Positions 1-7,023 of a DNA stretch of 27,097 nucleotides are shown piece by piece (position 1 is the first letter of the stretch; each line of letters begins with the position of its first letter). A program made the translations under genes and the position numbers. The notes below the pieces were generated by a model. The model was not told where the DNA came from and searched no databases. It was given only the letters and a program-made list of their open reading frames with translations. Origin of the DNA: an uncultured Candidatus Saccharibacteria bacterium (lineage in GTDB: Bacteria > Patescibacteriota > Minisyncoccia > Phycocordibacterales > DATDWN01); contig CAYUID010000001.1 of NCBI GenBank assembly GCA_964444765.1, positions 1-27,097 on the forward strand. Reading direction: 5' to 3'.

Positions 1-97
1 ACTCATTTATATTAAATTTTAAAAAACTTTTGTAAAAATTTGCTTACCCGACTATCAATTTTATCTTATTAAAAATAAAACAATCAAAGAAAGAGGT

Positions 98-364
98 TTA
101 TTTCTTTAAACCAATCTTTTTGACCAAAGCGTTGTATCTCTTTGGGTTTTTCTTCTCCAAATACTTCATATGAGCCTTTCTATCAGCCACCATCTGCAAA
201 AGTCCCCTTCTTGAGTGGTTATCCTTTGCATTCTTCTTTAAATGGGAAGCTAGCTCATCAATCCTCTTGCTCAAAAGAGCTATCTGGACCTCAGGAGAGC
301 CAGTATCCTTGTCATGGACTCTGGTATCCTGGATTATCTTGGATTTCTTTGATTTGGTAAGCAT
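98..364 (-). CDS. rpsO: 30S ribosomal protein S15
   Basis: Motifs DTGSPEVQIALL and DNHSRRGLLQMV. Start moved from 400 to the ATG at 364 (MLTKSKK), which gives the typical 88 aa and lies 8 nt after a TGaTATTGT extended -10. Confidence 0.97.
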   Translation of the reverse strand: MLTKSKKSKIIQDTRVHDKDTGSPEVQIALLSKRIDELASHLKKNAKDNHSRRGLLQMVADRKAHMKYLEKKNPKRYNALVKKIGLKK

Positions 365-463
365 CGAGGCCACAATATCACAAATCTCTTTATTTTGCAA
401 GGTTAAATTTGGGCGGGATTGGATCGATCATGTCGCACAATATTTTTGTGATAGAATTTATTT

Positions 464-1384
464 GTGGCTTCTTTAAGCAAACTCAAAAGGCAATTTCTCG
501 AATACATCGAGATAGAAAAGGGCCGATCTCTTAAGACCATTGAGAATTACGACCATTACTTGGATGTTTTTTTGAATTTTTTGAAAAAAGATGACCCAGA
601 AGAAGTAAGTGACAAATCTGTCAGAGAGTTTAGACTCTGGCTTAACAGACAACCGGTTGGAAATGGCGGAAAAACTGTCTCAAGAAAAACCCAAAACTAC
701 TACCTCATTGCTCTTAGAGCTTTTTTAAAATATCTAGCTCGCCAGGAGGTAAAAACCTTACCTGCTGAGAGAATAGAGTTGGCGAAGGTTTCAGAAAGAT
801 CGCTTGACCTAATAACTAGAGAGGAACTCGAAAGGCTCTTAAATGCCCCAAAAGGTGGCGATATAAAATCCCTGCGAGATAGGGCCATTTTGGAACTCCT
901 TTTCTCTACTGGTCTACGTGTTTCAGAGTTATATTCCCTAACAAGAGACATAAATCTTAAAAGTGATGAGCTTTCCATTAGGGGCAAGGGAGGAAAAGTC
1001 CGTGTCGTTTTTATATCCGATGATGCCAGAAAGTACCTCAAGGCCTATCTAGACCAAAGAAAAGACTTAAATGATGCTCTTTTTGTTCAAGCGGGCAGAG
1101 AGATAAAGGGTAAAAATATTGGACCAAAAGAAATCGGTCCTTTAACCAAGAGGTCGGTCGAGAGAATAGTTAAACACTATGCTATAAGGGCTGGTATACC
1201 TAAAAAGGTTACCCCGCATGTTATTCGCCATTGTTTTGCCACTGATCTTCTATCAAACGGCGCAGATTTGCGTTCTGTACAAGCCCTCCTGGGCCATTCT
1301 AGTATCACTACCACTCAAATCTACACTCATGTTACCGATAAACATTTAAGAGATGTCCATAAGAAATTTCACAATAAAAACTGA
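464..1384 (+). CDS. XerC/XerD-family tyrosine recombinase
   Basis: N-terminal SAM-like domain. Catalytic set intact: STGLRVSEL (R), GKGGK (K), PHVIRH (HxxR), LLGH (H), TTQIYTH (Y). GTG start. Confidence 0.93.
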   Translation: MASLSKLKRQFLEYIEIEKGRSLKTIENYDHYLDVFLNFLKKDDPEEVSDKSVREFRLWLNRQPVGNGGKTVSRKTQNYYLIALRAFLKYLARQEVKTLPAERIELAKVSERSLDLITREELERLLNAPKGGDIKSLRDRAILELLFSTGLRVSELYSLTRDINLKSDELSIRGKGGKVRVVFISDDARKYLKAYLDQRKDLNDALFVQAGREIKGKNIGPKEIGPLTKRSVERIVKHYAIRAGIPKKVTPHVIRHCFATDLLSNGADLRSVQALLGHSSITTTQIYTHVTDKHLRDVHKKFHNKN

Positions 1385-1421
1385 CCTTTTGTCTTACCTC
1401 ACCATTTGCTAGAATCATTTT

Positions 1422-2219
1422 ATGAAAATTATCTCTTGGAATGTAAACGGTATTAGGGCAGTTCACAAAAAGGGCTTACTTCTGCCTTTTATAGAAAAAT
1501 TTGATCCAGATATTCTTTGTCTCCAGGAGACCAAGTCGGAAAAGAGTCAGCATGAAGTTGATCTGCCGAAATATGGGGAGTATTGGAATTCAGCAGTTAG
1601 GAAAGGCTATAGTGGAACGGCTATATTTACAAAGGAAAAACCTTTATCTGTAGCCATGGATTTACCAGAAGATGTTTGTAAAAAAGCTTCCCTTTCTGAC
1701 AAATATGGTGATCCAAACACAGAAGGCAGGGTTATAGCCATGGAGTTCAAGAATTTTTACTTAGTAAATGTATATACTCCGAATGCTAAGGAAGATTTAA
1801 CTCGCATTCCCCTACGCCATAAGGGTTGGGACCCATGTTTTCTTAAGTATGTTGAAAAACTAAACAAAAAGAAGCCAGTTATATTTTGCGGGGATTTGAA
1901 TGTGGCCCATACTGGAGATGATTTGGCCCGACCAAAAGAGAACGAAGGTAAAAAAGGTTTCACAAAAGAAGAAAGAGAAGGAATGGATAAAATGATAGAC
2001 GCAGGTTTTATTGATACATTCAGATTATTTACAAAAGGAAATGGTCACTATACTTGGTGGAGTCACTTCGCAAATGCCAGGGCAAGGAATATTGGCTGGA
2101 GGATCGATTACTTTTTCGTTTCGGAAAAATTAAAATCAAAAATCAAAAAATCTCTTATTCATGCAAATGTCTTGGGGTCTGACCATTGTCCGATAGAGCT
2201 AGATATCTCGATAAAATAA
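1422..2219 (+). CDS. xth: exodeoxyribonuclease III / AP endonuclease
   Basis: Motifs SWNVNGIRA, LCLQETK, GYSG, GDLNVAH, GWRIDYF, SDHCP. Confidence 0.96.
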   Translation: MKIISWNVNGIRAVHKKGLLLPFIEKFDPDILCLQETKSEKSQHEVDLPKYGEYWNSAVRKGYSGTAIFTKEKPLSVAMDLPEDVCKKASLSDKYGDPNTEGRVIAMEFKNFYLVNVYTPNAKEDLTRIPLRHKGWDPCFLKYVEKLNKKKPVIFCGDLNVAHTGDDLARPKENEGKKGFTKEEREGMDKMIDAGFIDTFRLFTKGNGHYTWWSHFANARARNIGWRIDYFFVSEKLKSKIKKSLIHANVLGSDHCPIELDISIK

Positions 2220-2232
2220 AGTTTTTTTGAAC

Positions 2233-2241
2233 TTATCCACA
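2233..2241 (+). promoter_or_regulatory. perfect DnaA box
   Basis: TTATCCACA, an exact consensus match, in intergenic DNA. Confidence 0.5.
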
Positions 2242-2266
2242 TTTATTTTAGCAAATGTCCTTTACA

Positions 2267-2282
2267 GTCTTTTATAAAAGAC
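2267..2282. repeat. perfect 16-bp palindrome
   Basis: GTCTTTTATAAAAGAC equals its own reverse complement. Confidence 0.8.
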
Positions 2283-2365
2283 ATAAAATATTTTTAGAAC
2301 CAGATTTGATGTCCTATAACTTTTGGATTGATTTTTTGGTTTCGGTTCTTTGAGTTGTACTTTTT

Positions 2366-2379
2366 AAGTTACGTAACTT
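2366..2379. repeat. perfect 14-bp palindrome
   Basis: AAGTTACGTAACTT equals its own reverse complement. Confidence 0.8.
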
Positions 2380-2460
2380 CCCCATTAGAAGTCATTCTGG
2401 TCTAGGTCTTGTTGGATCTTCAACACATCTCCAACTTTATCTATTATTTTATTTAGTTTC

Positions 2461-2567
2461 GTGATGCTGTTCCCCCGACAGTATCTTCGCTGGAATGCTC
2501 TTTTCACTTAAACCGCTCAATGATGAGGTGCTGTCTAGTACGGCCATTCATCATTGGGCGGTTTTTT
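2461..2567 (+). ncRNA. candidate structured RNA ending in a long terminator-like hairpin
   Basis: Stem 2463-2470/2478-2485, a 17-bp stem 2510-2526/2548-2564 and a T-run. Stem mismatches are G-U compatible only on the + strand. Family not recognised. Confidence 0.45.
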
Positions 2568-2574
2568 ATTGACC

Positions 2575-4047
2575 TTATTTAACCCAATGTTTCCCTCTTA
2601 TTTTTTTTACTTCTCCTTGATCTACTTCTTCCTTTCTTATCTTTCCACTCTGGCCAAGCTTTATGATCTCATTGTCCTCTAATTTAGATAGATTTTTGGC
2701 CATATTTTCCAGATATTCAGCATTGTTTTTGCTTGGGTCATCTAGCACTTCCTCTAATAGGGCATGTAAAATAAAGCCAATTTTCGGTCCAGCTTTTAGC
2801 TCTGTCACTTCCATTAATCTTTTACCATCTATTTTCAACATACTGACTGAAATTGGATCTCTGAGGGCTTCCTCAATCATAGAATGGTATTTACGAAGTC
2901 TATAAGGATCTTCCTTTGGTCTGCCTGTTCCTATTCTGTCTGAAACCCTCAAGTCCATCAGGTCCCAAATATTTTCCTTTCCAACGTTCACAATCATTCT
3001 ACGAACTGCAGAAAGTGAAATTTGTTCCGTGTCAGAGAAAAACATATGCCATCTGACTAATTTTGTCACTTTCTCAACTATTTCATTTGGAAACCTAAGA
3101 TTTGTCAATATCCTCTTTGTGTTTCTGGCACCCAAAACTTCATGGCCATAGAAAGTCCAAGTTTTTGTACTTTCTGACCATCTACGAGATTCAGGTTTGG
3201 AAATATCGTGAAATAGAGCCGCTAAACGGACATCCAATGGGTAATTCTTATCTGCGGCATGCTGAAGTGATCTAAGTAAATGTTCTCCTACATCAAATGA
3301 ATGAGCCTTGTTCTGCTCCACCCCAAAGGCTTTTTCTAGTTCAGGTAAGATGAAACTTAAAACCCCAGTTTTTTTCATTAGAGACAGACCATACATTGGT
3401 CTTGGAGACATGATTATTTTTATTAGTTCATCTCTAATACGTTCTTTTGATATATTTTTCAATAAACTAGCATTTTCCAGTATAGACTTCTCTGTTTTTT
3501 GTTCTATCTCAAAATCTAATTCTGTGGCAAGTCTGATTGCTCTAAGAATTCTAAGACCATCTTCTGTGAAGCGTTTCTCTGGATCCCCTACTGCTCTTAT
3601 AATTTTATTTTTTATGTCATCTTGGCCCCCAAAATAATCTAAGGTTTGGTCTTTTGAAATAGAGTAAGCCAAGGAATTAACTGTAAAATCCCTTCTCTTC
3701 AGATCATCTTCAATTTTTTGGCTAAAAATAACACTATCCGGGTGTCTGTTGTCCGAATATGTTCCCTCCAGCCTATAAGGCGTAACCTCAACAGTTTTTA
3801 GGTTCTGGTTTTCTGTATTCTCACAAACAACCCCAACTGTTCCGAATGTATTTTCATAAAAAGTTTTAGGAAAAATAGATATAATTTCCTCAGGTTTTGC
3901 GTTAGTAGTTATATCCCAGTCTTTCGGTTCTCTTTCCATTAATAGGTCTCTAACACAGCCGCCAACCAAAAAAGCCTCAAATCCAGAATTTTCTAGGTTT
4001 TGAGCAATATTTTGGACCTCCTTTAGTATAGAGAATTTACCTTTCAT
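2575..4047 (-). CDS. cca: tRNA nucleotidyltransferase (CCA-adding/poly(A) polymerase family) with HD domain
   Basis: Motifs LVGGCVRDLL, DWDIT (DxD), DLKRRDFTVN, EDGLRILR, and an HD motif (ALFHDISK). CCA versus CC/A specificity cannot be determined by eye. Confidence 0.9.
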   Translation of the reverse strand: MKGKFSILKEVQNIAQNLENSGFEAFLVGGCVRDLLMEREPKDWDITTNAKPEEIISIFPKTFYENTFGTVGVVCENTENQNLKTVEVTPYRLEGTYSDNRHPDSVIFSQKIEDDLKRRDFTVNSLAYSISKDQTLDYFGGQDDIKNKIIRAVGDPEKRFTEDGLRILRAIRLATELDFEIEQKTEKSILENASLLKNISKERIRDELIKIIMSPRPMYGLSLMKKTGVLSFILPELEKAFGVEQNKAHSFDVGEHLLRSLQHAADKNYPLDVRLAALFHDISKPESRRWSESTKTWTFYGHEVLGARNTKRILTNLRFPNEIVEKVTKLVRWHMFFSDTEQISLSAVRRMIVNVGKENIWDLMDLRVSDRIGTGRPKEDPYRLRKYHSMIEEALRDPISVSMLKIDGKRLMEVTELKAGPKIGFILHALLEEVLDDPSKNNAEYLENMAKNLSKLEDNEIIKLGQSGKIRKEEVDQGEVKKIRGKHWVK

Positions 4048-4091
4048 TTTGATTTATAGCAGTTTTATTATATTATACACTGGTTAAATTT

Positions 4092-4162
4092 GCGGTTATG
4101 GTTTAGTGGTAGAACACGTCCTTGCCAAGGACGAGATCCGGGTTCGATTCCCGGTAGCCGCA
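4092..4162 (+). tRNA. tRNA-Gly(GCC), CCA not encoded
   Basis: Acceptor GCGGTTA/TAGCCGC, anticodon arm CGTCC-TTGCCAA-GGACG, T arm CCGGG-TTCGATT-CCCGG. Confidence 0.97.
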
Positions 4163-4204
4163 CAAAATTCAATAAAAACCAGTATAATTCTTGGGGTTCT
4201 TTGT

Positions 4205-4294
4205 GGTCAGGCATAATTTTCCATTGAAAATTTGCCCGACCCGGACTCGCGCCGTCGCGCTCCGTCTTGCACAAAGTGCCCCGCACTTTGTGCA
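4205..4294 (-). repeat. palindromic element in the tRNA-Arg trailer
   Basis: 12-bp inverted repeat TGCACAAAGTGC/GCACTTTGTGCA (4268-4294) overlapping the tRNA 3' end, plus a long hairpin at 4205-4241 with an AATTTTC..GAAAATT core. Confidence 0.7.
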
Positions 4295-4362
4295 CCCGCT
4301 AGGAGTCGAACCCAGATCAGCGGTTCCGAAGACCGCTACTTTATCCATTAAGCTACGGGTGC
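4291..4362 (-). tRNA. tRNA-Arg(TCG), CCA not encoded
   Basis: Acceptor GCACCCG/CGGGTGC, anticodon arm GCGGT-CTTCGGA-ACCGC, T arm CTGGG-TTCGACT-CCTAG. Confidence 0.95.
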
Positions 4363-4422
4363 TTGCAGAAACCATACCATTTTAGTCTATTCATGGCAAT
4401 TTATTGAATTTATGATGAAATG

Positions 4423-4431
4423 TGTGGATAA
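4423..4431 (-). promoter_or_regulatory. perfect DnaA box followed by two degenerate boxes
   Basis: TGTGGATAA at 4423-4431, then TGTGGAGAT (4435) and TGTGTATTA (4443). Confidence 0.5.
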
Positions 4432-4578
4432 ACATGTGGAGATGTGTATTAAGGACAAGTCCTTGACCAATACTTTTTCAACAAAATTTCTTGCCGAGAT
4501 TTTTAATTTCAGGCTTATAAATAATGGTTTTTTAATCAGACATGTTCTTGGTTTTGTCTTTATTACTGATCAATTACT

Positions 4579-4618
4579 AATTTCACGTGAAATCAATCAA
4601 TATGTTATTTATGAAACA
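4579..4618. promoter_or_regulatory. two parS-like sites
   Basis: AATTTCACGTGAAATC (12/16 match to TGTTTCACGTGAAACA) and TGTTATTTATGAAACA (11/16). Confidence 0.45.
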
Positions 4619-4654
4619 TTTGTTTTATAATACCAAGTCAATAATATAAGTTTC

Positions 4655-5065
4655 ATGAATAACGGTAATTCAAACGACAAATTAACTCAAAAGCAAATTA
4701 TTGGCAGAAAAGGGGAGGATATTGCTTGTGATTATCTTAAGAATTCAGGCTTTAAAATTATAGAAAGAAATTATTTGAGAAAGTGGGGGGAATTGGACAT
4801 AGTTGCACAAAAGGCTAAAACTTTACATTTTATCGAGGTTAAAACAGTTTCTAGAGATTTAAGTGTTATTCATGAAACACAAGATGCATATAGACCAGAG
4901 GATAATATGCATCCATGGAAACTAAAAAGACTAAGCAGAGCAATACAAACATTTCTTATGGAGGGGGAACTGGATGATGAGTGGCTATTTGATTTAATTA
5001 CTGTTTATATAGATGAAAAAAATAAAAAAAGCCAAGTGTCTTTTATAGAAGATATTGTCCTTTAA
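4655..5065 (+). CDS. yraN: YraN family (UPF0102) PD-(D/E)XK nuclease-like protein
   Basis: Motifs GRKGEDIACDYL, IIERNY..WGELDIV, FIEVKT. Confidence 0.9.
   Translation: MNNGNSNDKLTQKQIIGRKGEDIACDYLKNSGFKIIERNYLRKWGELDIVAQKAKTLHFIEVKTVSRDLSVIHETQDAYRPEDNMHPWKLKRLSRAIQTFLMEGELDDEWLFDLITVYIDEKNKKSQVSFIEDIVL
4864..4879. promoter_or_regulatory. parS-like site inside yraN
   Basis: TGTTATTCATGAAACA, 12/16 to consensus and 15/16 identical to the intergenic copy at 4603. Confidence 0.4.
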
Positions 5066-5072
5066 AACTCTG

Positions 5073-5145
5073 TCGGAGTGCTGGGATTCGAACCCAGAGT
5101 CGCCTGTTCCCAAAACAGGAATGTTAGCCGTTACACTACACTCCG
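5073..5145 (-). tRNA. tRNA-Pro(TGG), CCA not encoded
   Basis: Acceptor CGGAGTG/CACTCCG, anticodon arm CCTGT-TTTGGGA-ACAGG, T arm CTGGG-TTCGAAT-CCCAG. Confidence 0.96.
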
Positions 5146-5185
5146 AAACATCAAATACTTGAAGAGTTTAGCATAGAGAAACGAA

Positions 5186-5212
5186 AGTCCCAAGGGTTTT
5201 AGCCTTGGGACT
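5186..5212 (-). terminator. intrinsic terminator of dnaB
   Basis: On the - strand AGTCCCAAGG-N7-CCTTGGGACT followed by TTCGTTT. Confidence 0.8.
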
Positions 5213-5225
5213 GCAGAACTCGGTA

Positions 5226-6581
5226 CTAGGTACCGATGGCCAGGTTTTCGAACCTGGTGAATTCTTTCAAGAAGGCCAGCTTGACTTCACCGGTTGGGCC
5301 ATTGCGTTGTTTACCGATGATAAGTTCAGCTAAGCCCAGGAGCTCTGGGTAGTCCCTACCAGTTTGGTACTGGTCCTCTCTGTGTATGAAGATCACAACG
5401 TCAGCATCTTGCTCGAGTGCTCCAGACTCTCTAAGGTCAGAGAGACGTGGTCTGTGGTTCGATCTGGTTTCAGGAGCACGGCTAAGCTGTGAGAGAACGA
5501 TGATTGGCACCTTCAGTTCTTTGGCCAGGCCCTTGAGCGCCCGGGAGATTGAGGCCAACTCGAGAGTTCTGTTCTCAAATTTGCCTCGACCTTGCATCAG
5601 CTGAATGTAGTCAACAATGACCAAATGCAGCCCATGCTCGGCTTGTAGACGTCGACACTTGGCTCTCATTTCCAGGACGGTCGGATTTGTGGCGTCGTCT
5701 ATGAAGATCTTGGCCTCACTCAAGTTCCTTAGTGCGGCCGAGAGCTTACCCCAGTCTCTGTCTCCAAGGAAACCTGCTTTCATCCTATGAGAGTCGATCC
5801 TGGCTTCGGAACAGAGCATCCGAAGCAGGAGTTGATCACGTGAGGTCTCGAGACTGAAGATCCCGACGGTACTGTCGGTTTTTAAGCCGACATGGTTAGC
5901 TATGTTCAAGACCAAAGAGGTTTTACCCATCGATGGTCGGGCTGCGATGATGATGAGATCCGAAGGCTGGAAGCCCATAGTCATCTCATCGAGTTCGGTG
6001 AGACCACTCGGAACACCGGTGACAAGCTCTTTTCTGTCATGAAGTCTCTCGATCATGTCGAGACTTCCCTGTGCTAGATCCCTCATTGACGTGAACCCGT
6101 CTCGGATCCTATCGTCAGCCACGGAGAAGATTGCGTGCTGGGCCTGGTCGACGATGACGTCAGCTTCCTCCTCTGCACCATATGCGTTCGCCAAAATCTT
6201 GTTGGAGGCGAAGATCAGATTGCGAAGAGTGGCTTTCTCCTTCACAATCCGAGCGTAGTACTCCACGTTAGTTGAACGTGGGACACCATCAACAAGCTTG
6301 GCGATGTAGGCAGGTCCGCCAACTTCTTCCAGCTCATTGGTTCGACCAAGCCCCTCTTTCAAGGTCACCAAGTCGATTACTTCTCCACGTTCAGCCAGTT
6401 TGACCATCTTCTCCCAGATTCGTCTGTGAGCGTCTCTGAAGAAATCGCTTCCATCGATCACTTCTGCAGCCAAGTCAAAAGCTTCATTGTGAAGGAGGAT
6501 AGCACCGAGAACTGATGTTTCAGCTTCGAGGTTGTGGGGGAGGGTCCGTTCAGCGACGGACATCCCGTCGCTATTGGACAT
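5226..6581 (-). CDS. dnaB: replicative DNA helicase DnaB, compositionally foreign
   Basis: Motifs PHNLEAE, Walker A AARPSMGKT, FSLE, DYIQLM, SQLSR, SDLRESGALEQDAD, KQRNGPTG. Three hand-counted 60-nt lines are 55-60% GC versus 35% in a yraN line. Confidence 0.96.
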   Translation of the reverse strand: MSNSDGMSVAERTLPHNLEAETSVLGAILLHNEAFDLAAEVIDGSDFFRDAHRRIWEKMVKLAERGEVIDLVTLKEGLGRTNELEEVGGPAYIAKLVDGVPRSTNVEYYARIVKEKATLRNLIFASNKILANAYGAEEEADVIVDQAQHAIFSVADDRIRDGFTSMRDLAQGSLDMIERLHDRKELVTGVPSGLTELDEMTMGFQPSDLIIIAARPSMGKTSLVLNIANHVGLKTDSTVGIFSLETSRDQLLLRMLCSEARIDSHRMKAGFLGDRDWGKLSAALRNLSEAKIFIDDATNPTVLEMRAKCRRLQAEHGLHLVIVDYIQLMQGRGKFENRTLELASISRALKGLAKELKVPIIVLSQLSRAPETRSNHRPRLSDLRESGALEQDADVVIFIHREDQYQTGRDYPELLGLAELIIGKQRNGPTGEVKLAFLKEFTRFENLAIGT

Positions 6582-6711
6582 TTTGCCCTTCCTTGGCCGT
6601 AATTGGCCTTGTTAAACAACTTTTGACCGAGATTCGGCCAAATTCTGATTTCTATCTTTATCTTTTTATAGATATTGTCAATTTTTGTTAAATTTGTATA
6701 AATTAATCTAA

Positions 6712-7023
6712 ATGTCTTTCAAAAAAACTAAAGAAGATTTTAAATGTCAAAATTGTGGTTTTGTGACTATAGGTAATGGCTATACTAACCATTGTCCGGA
6801 GTGTTTGTGGTCAAAACATGTAGATATTTTCCCAGGTGACAGAAAAAACGTCTGTGGAGGATTAATGAAGCCTGTTAATGTAATAAAAAAAGGAAAAGAG
6901 TACACAATAATTCATAAATGCATAGTTTGTGGCAAGGAAAAATTAAACAAAGCCAGTAAAAAAGATAATTTTCAGATTTTGGTTCAGATAGCGGCTGAAA
7001 ATACAAAAGAATTTCTGAATTAA
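6712..7023 (+). CDS. RNHCP-domain zinc-ribbon protein
   Basis: FKCQNCG, YTNHCPECLWSKHVD..PGDR, CGGLM, HKCIVCG. Confidence 0.85.
   Translation: MSFKKTKEDFKCQNCGFVTIGNGYTNHCPECLWSKHVDIFPGDRKNVCGGLMKPVNVIKKGKEYTIIHKCIVCGKEKLNKASKKDNFQILVQIAAENTKEFLN

Noticed and set aside
1-6. ATG-AGT on the - strand running off the window, possibly pnp by rpsO synteny
   Set aside because: Only two codons are visible, which is not enough to support a call.
376-453. 9-bp inverted repeat TATCACAAA/TTTGTGATA between rpsO and xer, considered as an operator or dif site
   Set aside because: Largely explained by the two divergent extended -10 elements (TGATA...), and the spacing does not fit dif.
464-1384. Xer gene as the integron-type integrase of the tRNA-Gly array
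   Set aside because: It looks like a housekeeping Xer next to rpsO and xth, lies about 7 kb from the array, shows no obvious IntI-specific insertion, and no attC-like sites were seen. Action in trans is not excluded, but there is no evidence for it.
4068-4630. Short ORFs 4068-4295, 4169-4375, 4191-4385 and 4412-4630
   Set aside because: The first three overlap tRNA genes and palindromes (RLPGIEPGS-type antisense tRNA translation). The last covers AT-rich regulatory DNA.
4363-4654. oriC call
   Set aside because: Only one perfect DnaA box, no dnaA/dnaN nearby, and GC skew could not be computed. Reported only as a parS/DnaA-box cluster.
5073-5226. tRNA-Pro as the integration site of the foreign dnaB
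   Set aside because: dnaB lies on the 5' side of the tRNA and no duplicated tRNA fragment was found at the other end.
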